DNA from: Pyrinomonadaceae bacterium
GTDB taxonomy: Bacteria > Acidobacteriota > Blastocatellia > Pyrinomonadales > Pyrinomonadaceae
DNA: 64,000 bases
Assembly (NCBI GenBank): GCA_041744135.1
Contig: JBGTLM010000107.1
Coordinates: 4,488 to 68,487 of the forward strand
Direction of reading: 5' to 3'
Of this stretch, positions 50,901 through 58,521 are shown piece by piece. The notes beneath the pieces are model-generated. The model had not been told where the DNA came from, searched no databases, and saw only the letters and a program-made list of their open reading frames with translations. The stretch's first letter is position 1; every line of letters starts with the position of its first letter. A program made the position numbers and the translations under genes.

Positions 50901-51102
50901 GGGGATTCGCTTCCGCTGTTGAGTGGCTAGTCCCGCCGTCTGCCCCTCTTTCTCCTGCCTCCTCTCTTCGGTGCCTGCTTCGCTTGCGTAAAACACCTCA
51001 AATTGGGTACAACTTCACCACCTCGCTTGCCTGGGTCCGTAACTTTGGACTACGGGCGCCGACCAGTGAGGCAAATAACCACTCAGCTATCGCAAGTTAC
51101 TC

Positions 51103-52494
51103 ATGTACTTCAAGCAATTCTATCTCGTTTGTCTGGCGCATGCTTCGTACCTGATCGGATCGCAGGGTGAGGCGGTGGTGGTAGACCCTCAGCGGGACGT
51201 AGATCAGTACCTCAGCGAAGCCGAAGTGCAGGGCTTGAAGATCAAGTACGTAATCGAAACTCACCTGCACGCGGATTTCGTGAGCGGCCATCGCGAGCTT
51301 GCCGCTCGCACCGGCGCTGAGATCGTGTTCAGCGAAAAAGCAGGAGCGACTTTCCCGCATCGCGCCGTTAGAGAAGGCGACGAAATCACAATCGGTAAGG
51401 TAGTGCTCCGAATAGTCGAAACTCCCGGTCATACTCCGGAAAGCGTCTCCGTACTCGTCATCGACACGGAAGTGTCGCCCCAGCCGCGGAAGGTACTTAC
51501 CGGCGACACGCTCTTCATCGGCGACGTGGGTCGTCCCGATCTCGCGGGCGGGCAAGGCTACACACCACAGATGATGGCCGGAATGATGTACGACAGTCTG
51601 CACCAGAAACTACTGAGGCTTGCAGACGAGGTTGAGGTTTATCCCGCGCACGGCGCCGGATCCATGTGCGGACGAAATATCTCGAAGCAAACCTCTTCGA
51701 CTATAGGCGAGCAAAAAATAAATAACTACGCGCTCAGGCCGATGTCGAAGGATGAGTTCATCGGCATGATGACATCAGCGCTGCCGACAGCTCCGGCATA
51801 CTTTTTCGAAGACGCGGAGATAAACCGAGAGGGTGCGGCCGCACTGGCTGCGCTGCCAAAGCCTGCGGCTCTTTCCCCGTTGGCAGTCGACGAATTGATC
51901 TCTCGAGGTTACGTGGTTCTTGATGTTCGCTCCGCAGCGGATTTTGGCGCCGCCCATGTTCCCGGTTCAATCAATATTGGTCTTGGTGGCCAGTTTGCGA
52001 TTTGGGCGGCCTCTTTAATCTCCCTGCAAAGTCCGATTGTCATCGTCACTGATTCGGAAGAAAGGGTTGACGAGGCTCAGATGCGGCTGGCGCGCGTGGG
52101 AATTGAGAGCGCGCACGGTTACCTAAGGGGCGGCATGGACGCCTGGTGCGAGGCTGGACTGGAACGGGCGGCAGTGCCCCAAATCACCGTCCATCAATTG
52201 AATGATTTGATTGCCGTCCAAACAGATTTCCAGGTTCTCGACGTGCGTCGTCCTCCTGAGTACACCAGCGGTCATGTCCCCGGGGCCATCGCTGAACCAC
52301 TCTCCAATCTGAAAGAGCGGGTCCCGGTCTTGGAGCTCGAACCGACAAAGCTCACCGCTGTGATCTGCGGAAGCGGTTACCGCTCCAGCACCGCGACCAG
52401 CATCCTCCAGCAACACGGCTTCGCCAACCTCTTAAACGTAACCGGCGGCACCAGCGCCTGGATCGACGCCGGCTATCCGGTGGAAACATCATGA
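51103..52494 (+). CDS. MBL-fold hydrolase (persulfide-dioxygenase-like) fused to two rhodanese domains
   Basis: HLHADFVSGH metallo-beta-lactamase motif. Two rhodanese modules; the last has the active-site loop CGSGYRSS and ends GGTSAWIDAGYPVE. Confidence 0.85.
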   Translation: MYFKQFYLVCLAHASYLIGSQGEAVVVDPQRDVDQYLSEAEVQGLKIKYVIETHLHADFVSGHRELAARTGAEIVFSEKAGATFPHRAVREGDEITIGKVVLRIVETPGHTPESVSVLVIDTEVSPQPRKVLTGDTLFIGDVGRPDLAGGQGYTPQMMAGMMYDSLHQKLLRLADEVEVYPAHGAGSMCGRNISKQTSSTIGEQKINNYALRPMSKDEFIGMMTSALPTAPAYFFEDAEINREGAAALAALPKPAALSPLAVDELISRGYVVLDVRSAADFGAAHVPGSINIGLGGQFAIWAASLISLQSPIVIVTDSEERVDEAQMRLARVGIESAHGYLRGGMDAWCEAGLERAAVPQITVHQLNDLIAVQTDFQVLDVRRPPEYTSGHVPGAIAEPLSNLKERVPVLELEPTKLTAVICGSGYRSSTATSILQQHGFANLLNVTGGTSAWIDAGYPVETS

Positions 52495-52552
52495 GCGAAC
52501 TACGCGAGCTCCTGCCAATAGAGTAATGGCTCGGTTTGGTTAGCGCTCTATT

Positions 52553-52584
52553 ACAGAACCGAGGAGCAGTAGCGACCGGGTCAA
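52553..52584. repeat. REP (left inverted repeat of the RAYT unit)
   Basis: ACAGAACCGAGGAGCAGTAGCGACCGGGTCAA. Its reverse complement recurs at 53255-53286 with 2 mismatches. Confidence 0.75.
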
Positions 52585-52687
52585 TGGCGGGTTGCACTCA
52601 AGAATAGTCTCAAACAACCTTGTTCACCCACTCCAGCCCTAAAATGCGGTTGCTCTAACTAAGCAAATTCAAAACAATGTAAACACC

Positions 52688-53204
52688 ATGACTCACCCTC
52701 ACCGCGAGTTCAACACTGATCGTGTTCCGCTCGGTTACCTTATTACCTTTCGCGCCTATGGTACTTGGCTCCATGGCGACTCACGTGGCTCCGTTGACCG
52801 CTTTCATAATCGCTACGGTTCGCCACTAATACCGCCAGATCGACGCTGGCGACATACAACGAACGCGCTCTTAAACGCCCGCCTGTCAACCTTACCGCGA
52901 GGCGACGAGGAGCTATCGAAGTGGCGATTCGTGAGACTTGCAAGGCTCGTAAGTGGAGATTGTGGACTATCAATGTGAGAACGAACCATGTTCATTCTGT
53001 GGTGACCACAAACCGCGTCCGGACATAGTTCTAATGCTTTCAAAGCCAATGCAACACGCAAAATGAAGGAGTCAGGTTGCTGGCAAAGCGGTAACACGCC
53101 CTGGGTTAAGAAGGGTAGCAAGAGGCGTCTTTGGAATGAGCACGACCTAATAGAGGCGATTGTACGTTGAGTACGAGCAGGGAGAGCCACTACCTCAAGT
53201 TTGA
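52688..53204 (+). pseudogene. REP-associated tyrosine transposase (RAYT / IS200-like Y1 HUH transposase), at least 3 frameshifts
   Basis: Frame 1: PLGYLITFRAYGTWLHGDSRGSVDR... Frame 2: AIEVAIRETCKARKWRLWTINVRTNHVHSVVTT (the HUH motif HVH). Frame 3: PDIVLNAFKANATRKMKESGCWQSGNTPWVKKGSKRRLWNEHDLIEAI. A fourth stretch, back in the frame 2 phase, reads YVEYEQGEPLPQV. Confidence 0.75.
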
Positions 53205-53254
53205 ATTATTGTCGGGAGTGGAACGGTTCTATCTTATGTTGAGGTTGCGCACAC

Positions 53255-53286
53255 TTGACCCGGTCGCTACCGCTCCTCGGTTCCGT
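53255..53286. repeat. REP (right inverted repeat of the RAYT unit)
   Basis: TTGACCCGGTCGCTACCGCTCCTCGGTTCCGT. Confidence 0.75.
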
Positions 53287-53462
53287 AGTTGACTAAAACC
53301 GAGCTGGTTGCGCCAAACTGCACCAGTAACAGTAGATACTGTTTGACGCCTGTCCCTACCTACGTTTAGCATCCTGATGTTCCTCCGAAGATTAACCATC
53401 GGCAACTGAGGTTTACCATCGATCCCTTTACATTCAAGTTAATAGTCGGCATTGCCATCGTC

Positions 53463-55019
53463 GTGATTGCGACAATTCACGGCTATGGCGCCGCGTGGCT
53501 GGCGATCTGGATGCTCTTTCATCCTTATCAGCCAGTTAAGCTTTTGGGTATTACGGTTTGGCCCCAAGGAATGATCCCGCGGCACCGCGAGCGGCTGGCC
53601 CAGTCTATTGGCAACGCCGTCGGGAACGAACTGGTTTCGCAGGAGACCGTCTTCAATGCCCTGTTCGAAACAGATTTTTTTCAGCGCAAGATTGACGATT
53701 TCGTTAACGCCTACACTGCGGATCTGCTGGCCACAGTTTATCCATCATTCATCGACGCGCTGCCGACCGGCGCGCGCACACCAGTACTCGACACGATTTC
53801 CGCCCTGCAGTACCGCCTGGCTGAATATATTGCTGCGACGCTCAAGAGCGAGGAGACAGCTGCGGCGATTGCGGGCTTTGTAGATCGACAAATCGACCAG
53901 GTATTGGCGCGCCGAATTGACGCCACTTTAAGCGATGATGCACTCGATCAGATCTCCCGCTTTGTGGAAGAACGCTTTCACAATTTGGTGAGTGAAGAAG
54001 TGTTCAAACGAAAAGTGCGGGGGTTTATGTCGGGACGTCTAGACGATCTCGCCCGCAGCAATGCCACGCTCGCGGACACCTTCACTCCCGAAACCGTGAC
54101 TTTCATTAAAGAGCGCCTGGACCAGCAAGTCCCGCCAATCGTCCATCATCTCGCCGATATTGCTACCAGCCAGAACACTCGACAGCAGATGGGCGCCCTA
54201 ATCAAACGCGAGGTCGACGACTATTATCAGCAGCTCTCACTGATCAAGAAGATTTTTATTTCGCGCGAGCGAATTCACCACGAAGTGGATGAGTTGATCA
54301 ATAAGACCCTGCCAAAACGCATTGAGGAATATCTGCGCGGTCCGGCGTTCGCGCAGGAAGCCGAAGCCTTTCTGAACTCGACTATCGACAGTCTGCTCGC
54401 ACGTCCGGTGAATGAAATTATCGGTCAGCTAGAACCGGCGAAGTTTGAGATGATGAAGACCCAAGTGGCGGATCGAATTCTCGAGCTGGTTCAAAGCCCG
54501 GAACTGACGCAATCGGTCTCCGCCTATGTTACAGATGCGCTCGCAAGTGTGCGTTCGCAAACGATGGACTCAGCGCTCAAGCGAATCAACCCTGATTCCG
54601 CAAGGCGTCTCAAGAACTTTCTTACTACCAGCCTGCTCGATATCCTTTCGCACGAAGATACGGCGCGAACCATCAACGCCGTCATGTCCGCGCAGATCGA
54701 GCGGTTGCTGATTGCGCCGATCGGCCGGCTGGGAGATCACCTTTCGGAGCACTCGGTAAAGCGCGCCAGCGCGGCTCTGGTTGAACGAATCACCGCCGCC
54801 GCCCGCGAACGTCTGCCCTCGGCCATTGCCGATTTTGATGTCGGCGGCCTCGTGCGCAAGAAGGTTTCAGAATACCCTATTGAAAAGCTTGAATCTCTCG
54901 TGCTGTCGGTGGCGGCCCAGCACTTGAAAACGATTGAGCTCTTTGGCGCCATAATTGGTTTCTTCATCGGAGTTGGGCAGGTGATCTATTTTTGGCTTAC
55001 GTATGTGCCCGGACGCTAA
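53463..55019 (+). CDS. DUF445-family membrane protein
   Basis: HGYGAAWLAIWMLFHPYQPVKLLG...QGMIPRHRERLAQSIGNAVGNELV is the DUF445 N-terminal signature as I recall it. C-terminal TM segment FGAIIGFFIGVGQVIYFWL. The frame is open from 53370, so the start is uncertain. Confidence 0.65.
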   Translation: MIATIHGYGAAWLAIWMLFHPYQPVKLLGITVWPQGMIPRHRERLAQSIGNAVGNELVSQETVFNALFETDFFQRKIDDFVNAYTADLLATVYPSFIDALPTGARTPVLDTISALQYRLAEYIAATLKSEETAAAIAGFVDRQIDQVLARRIDATLSDDALDQISRFVEERFHNLVSEEVFKRKVRGFMSGRLDDLARSNATLADTFTPETVTFIKERLDQQVPPIVHHLADIATSQNTRQQMGALIKREVDDYYQQLSLIKKIFISRERIHHEVDELINKTLPKRIEEYLRGPAFAQEAEAFLNSTIDSLLARPVNEIIGQLEPAKFEMMKTQVADRILELVQSPELTQSVSAYVTDALASVRSQTMDSALKRINPDSARRLKNFLTTSLLDILSHEDTARTINAVMSAQIERLLIAPIGRLGDHLSEHSVKRASAALVERITAAARERLPSAIADFDVGGLVRKKVSEYPIEKLESLVLSVAAQHLKTIELFGAIIGFFIGVGQVIYFWLTYVPGR

Positions 55020-55137
55020 GGCCCCGAAATCCAAAGCGAGTTGGTGGGAACCTAGACTTGCACTCTGCCGTTCTACCTTAGTGAACTATAAAGCGCCTGC
55101 CGCCGCGCGCCAGTCTTTTCACATAAGAGGATTACCT

Positions 55138-55599
55138 ATGTACTGTTCAGGTTGTGGTAGCCCCATCGCGCCGGGACTGAGTTTCTGTAATCGCTGCGGC
55201 ACCAGCCTGAAAGAACGCAGCGAGTTCAGACAGACGGGAGCTATTAGTGCGATAGTCACCGCGATGGTGCTCGTGGCATTAGCCTCCATGGGGCTCCTCC
55301 TTGGGGGACCAATTGCGTTAAAGCTAGAAGGGGGATTTGGCGAAGAACTGATCGTTCTTTTTATGTTCCTGACTTTTCTTATTTGCGCCTTCTCGGAAAT
55401 TTTCCTTTACCGTCAGTTGGGTCGGCTGACAAATGCAAAGCGCGAGCCTATGGCGCTGCCCAGTTCTGCCGTAATGCAGACCGAGTTTCGCGCTCCTCAA
55501 CCGCTATCGTTAGCTGAGCCGGCGGCCAGCGTTACCGAAAACACAACCCGCACGCTTGAATATTCACGCGAAGAACGCCGGCGACCGCGCAACCCATAG
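55138..55599 (+). CDS. zinc-ribbon membrane protein
   Basis: AAGAGGA precedes the ATG at 55138. MYCSGCGSPIAPGLSFCNRCG, then two TM helices. Confidence 0.65.
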   Translation: MYCSGCGSPIAPGLSFCNRCGTSLKERSEFRQTGAISAIVTAMVLVALASMGLLLGGPIALKLEGGFGEELIVLFMFLTFLICAFSEIFLYRQLGRLTNAKREPMALPSSAVMQTEFRAPQPLSLAEPAASVTENTTRTLEYSREERRRPRNP

Positions 55600-55606
55600 G
55601 AGACGC

Positions 55607-56272
55607 ATGAAGAAGTTTTTACTGATCATAATTCTTTGCTCGCTCGCCACCGGTTGTCACCATGTCGACAAGATGCACGGCGTCACAGGTTCTGGTGTTC
55701 ACAAAGTAGAAAAGCGAGAGTTGGGCCCTTTTACGTTCATTACCACCGACGGAGCTTTCGAGATCGACGTGGTTTGCCAGCAACCGCAAACTCTGGAGAT
55801 TGAAGGCGACGACAATCTTCTGGCAATGGTCACCACCGAGGTTACAAACGGAGCGCTGCGCATAAATAATGTTGGTAGCTACTCTACTCGCACACCGATG
55901 AAGATAAAGATCTCGGTGCCAAACATCGAGGGAATCTCGGCAAATGGCGCCGGCACAATCGAGGTCTCGCGTCTCAAGAATGACAAGTTTGATATTGATT
56001 CCAATGGTGCGCCTACAATCCGGGTTTCCGGTGAGACCAAAGAGTTAGACATTGATGCTAACGGCGCCGGTACGGTTGATGCTCATAAACTGCGCGCATC
56101 CAGGGCCGAGGTAAACTCGAAGGGCGTGGCGAAAGTTGAAGTTTTTGCCAGCGACGCGCTAAACGTTACGGTTTCTGGTCCTTCTCAGGTCATATATGAC
56201 GGCGACCCGGCGATCAATCAAACAGTGAACGGGCCTGGGTCAGTGAACAGAAGAGATTCGGGTGGAGCGTAA
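55607..56272 (+). CDS. DUF2807 ('head GIN domain') lipoprotein
   Basis: MKKFLLIIILCSLATGC lipobox. Repetitive beta-helix-like segments (GAFEIDV..., NGAGTIEVS..., NGAPTIRVSG..., NGAGTVDA...). Confidence 0.65.
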   Translation: MKKFLLIIILCSLATGCHHVDKMHGVTGSGVHKVEKRELGPFTFITTDGAFEIDVVCQQPQTLEIEGDDNLLAMVTTEVTNGALRINNVGSYSTRTPMKIKISVPNIEGISANGAGTIEVSRLKNDKFDIDSNGAPTIRVSGETKELDIDANGAGTVDAHKLRASRAEVNSKGVAKVEVFASDALNVTVSGPSQVIYDGDPAINQTVNGPGSVNRRDSGGA

Positions 56273-56414
56273 GTTACAGTTTGTGGCTGGGGCGGTTGGC
56301 AGTAGGCGTCACGACGCGGAGACACGAAGAGGCGTAGAAGCTAGAAGAAACGCGGAGAGTTGGTTCAAGCCAATCCCCGCGTTTCGCTCTTAACAACCTG
56401 CAGAACCCGACTAA

Positions 56415-56484
56415 GACGAACCACGAACTCACACGAAACGTCACTAAAAGATTTCGTATCGGTTCGTGTGAATTGTGGATCGCC
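56415..56484. repeat. family-B element
   Basis: GACGAACCACGAACTCACACGAAACG...ATTTCGTATCGGTTCGTGTGAATTGTGGATCGCC. Confidence 0.55.
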
Positions 56485-56650
56485 TTAGATGTTCGAGATT
56501 ATTCAAACATCTAGAAATTGCGCGCTGCTTCACCGCACACAAAAGCATAACGAAAAATGAAATCAGTAAGCCGCGCATTGAAAGTTTTCTGTTGACATTC
56601 GAGGCGTTACATATAAACATTTGCCATTCTCGAAAGGAGCTTCTTCCCCT

Positions 56651-56950
56651 ATGACGTATGTGGTAGTGGAGTTATGTGTTGACTGTAAGTACACGGATTG
56701 CGCTGCTGTGTGTCCGGTTGAGGCGTTTCATGAATTGCCTGATCGCCTCTACATCAATGGCGACACCTGCATCGACTGCGATGCCTGTGTGCCTGAGTGT
56801 CCCGTCGAAGCAATTTTCGCCGACACTAACGTTCCTGAGAACTATGCGCACTGGACGCAGATCAATATCGATGAAGCACCAAACTATCCAGTGATCAGTC
56901 AAAAGATTCCCGCCCTTCATGGACCAACCTGCACTGGCCCGGAGGAGTAG
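56651..56950 (+). CDS. FdxA-type 7Fe ([3Fe-4S][4Fe-4S]) ferredoxin
   Basis: MTYVVVELCVDCKYTDCAAVCPVEAFHE...CIDCDACVPECPVEAIF. Confidence 0.9.
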   Translation: MTYVVVELCVDCKYTDCAAVCPVEAFHELPDRLYINGDTCIDCDACVPECPVEAIFADTNVPENYAHWTQINIDEAPNYPVISQKIPALHGPTCTGPEE

Positions 56951-56976
56951 TCTCCGAGTGCATCTGTAATCAAGTT

Positions 56977-57008
56977 GAGAGGCGGGCGTCGGGCCCGCCT
57001 CTTCTGTC
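56977..57008 (+). terminator. rho-independent terminator
   Basis: AGAGGCGGGC-GTCGG-GCCCGCCTCT (10-bp perfect stem), then TCTGTC. Confidence 0.6.
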
Positions 57009-57037
57009 AGAACCCCGAGCGGTAGCGACCGGGTGGT
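57008..57037. repeat. solo REP copy related to the RAYT-flanking repeat
   Basis: CAGAACCCCGAGCGGTAGCGACCGGGTGG compared with ACAGAACCGAGGAGCAGTAGCGACCGGGTCAA. Confidence 0.5.
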
Positions 57038-57116
57038 AGATTCGACCCGCAGTTTGGAGACTGTACAGGAGTCAAATATGTTCGCTAGTTTTCATCAATG
57101 AGAAACAAGCGCTTTG

Positions 57117-57198
57117 GGTTTCGTGACTCTCATGCGAATTCGTGGATCGCCATCCCCGGGCAAAAACTCGATCCGAATTACACGAAGCCTCACGAAAA
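57117..57198. repeat. family-B element (opposite orientation)
   Basis: GGTTTCGTGACTCTCATGCGAATTCGTGGATCGCC...GATCCGAATTACACGAAGCCTCACGAAAA. Confidence 0.55.
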
Positions 57199-57375
57199 TG
57201 AACTGTAAGGTCAATTAAGAGACACTACCTAGCTTTTCTCGCTACCTCTTTATAGCCGCCACGCTCTCTCGAGAGCCGCCGCCCGCTGACCGGATTTATT
57301 TTCAGCCAAAGCAATCCGGTTCCCCGACGGCTGCCGTATATCGTTTGCAGTTCCAAAAATCTCTATCGAAAAAGG

Positions 57376-57945
57376 ATGGAAGAAGTGAAGAAATTATCTC
57401 TTGTGCTACTGCTCGCAGTAGCAGCATTCGCAAATCAAAGCGCAAACGGGCAGATGAAAGACTCAAATCCGATGGTCGGTGGTGCGGCCATGATGAGGTC
57501 CATGGACATTGTGGACAACGCCATGAATTCGGCAGATCACACGACACTGGTGGCCGCTGTGAAAGCTGCGGAGCTGGTTGAGACCTTGAAAAGCAAAGGA
57601 CCATTCACCGTTTTTGCGCCGACCAACGCCGGCTTTGACAAGCTGCCCGCAGGCACTGTCGAAACTTTGGTGAAGCCCGAGAACAAGGCCATGCTGACAA
57701 AGATTCTGACTTATCACGTTCTGGCCGGAAAGTTCGACTCCAAGGCGATTGCCAAGCGCATCAAAGCCGATGGCGGCACCGCGCAATTCAAGACTGTCAG
57801 CGGTGGCAATCTGTCGGCCTCGATGAGCGGCAACAACCTGACACTCAAAGACGAAAAGGGTGGTACCTCCACGGTCTCCATCGCAAATGTCTATCAGTCC
57901 AACGGCGTGATTCACGTGGTTGATACTGTCTTGATGCCAAACTAA
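57376..57945 (+). CDS. fasciclin (FAS1) domain secreted protein
   Basis: Signal peptide. TVFAPTNAGFDKLPAGTVETL, LTYHVLAGK and NGVIHVVDTVLMP. Confidence 0.85.
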   Translation: MEEVKKLSLVLLLAVAAFANQSANGQMKDSNPMVGGAAMMRSMDIVDNAMNSADHTTLVAAVKAAELVETLKSKGPFTVFAPTNAGFDKLPAGTVETLVKPENKAMLTKILTYHVLAGKFDSKAIAKRIKADGGTAQFKTVSGGNLSASMSGNNLTLKDEKGGTSTVSIANVYQSNGVIHVVDTVLMPN

Positions 57946-57986
57946 CCCGATGCCAAACTAACCCATAGCCAATTGGCTTGGATCCG

Positions 57987-58021
57987 AAGGGCGCGCTCTG
58001 AGAGTATCGGGCGCGCCTTTT
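57987..58021 (+). terminator. rho-independent terminator
   Basis: AAGGGCGCGC...GCGCGCCTTTT. Confidence 0.55.
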
Positions 58022-58068
58022 GGTTGCAAGCCGCAGTGACTGTGTGAAAACCCAAAAAGGCTCACGGT

Positions 58069-58262
58069 AATTTGCAGGTTGGGAAAGTGGGCAAAGCGTC
58101 GGCCGCCCCCGCTCCAGCGCAGCGTTATCAACTTTAGTTTTCTTCAAGACTACGCCGGACTGAGTCAGCATGAGAATTGAGCGCTTTTTGTAGCCTAGCG
58201 AAAGACGCTGCGCTGGAAGCGGGGGTGCGCTGCGCTTGCCCACCTTCCCAACCTGCAAATTT
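58069..58262. repeat. family-C MITE-like element with ~55-bp terminal inverted repeats
   Basis: AATTTGCAGGTTGGGAAAGTGGGCAAAGCG...CCCCCGCTCCAGCGCAGCG mirrors CGCTGCGCTGGAAGCGGGGG...CGCTTGCCCACCTTCCCAACCTGCAAATT. Confidence 0.7.
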
Positions 58263-58521
58263 CCTCCACCTTGGGGTCAGTTCAAGATTGAGTGCTAAAA
58301 GCATCCGAAGTTCTGGACCTGTTAGTCGTCCGCCTTCGGACTGAGCACCGTGATTATGAAAATATCAGTACTCGGACTAGATCTAAATTTGACAGCGACA
58401 AATACCGCTTTGTATAGTTCTGGGACCTTAACCGCCCGTCTCACTCCAAGCGTGGCAACAACAAGTCCATCGCCTGATGTTGTTAGCCGGGCAGTTCCAG
58501 TCTTCCATAGCAGAATAAGCA

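Noticed and set aside
56593-56620. TTGACA hexamer upstream of the ferredoxin gene as a sigma-70 -35 box.
   Set aside because: No convincing -10 hexamer lies at 16-18 nt spacing (the candidates TAAACA and ATAAAC are weak), so I did not annotate it as a promoter.
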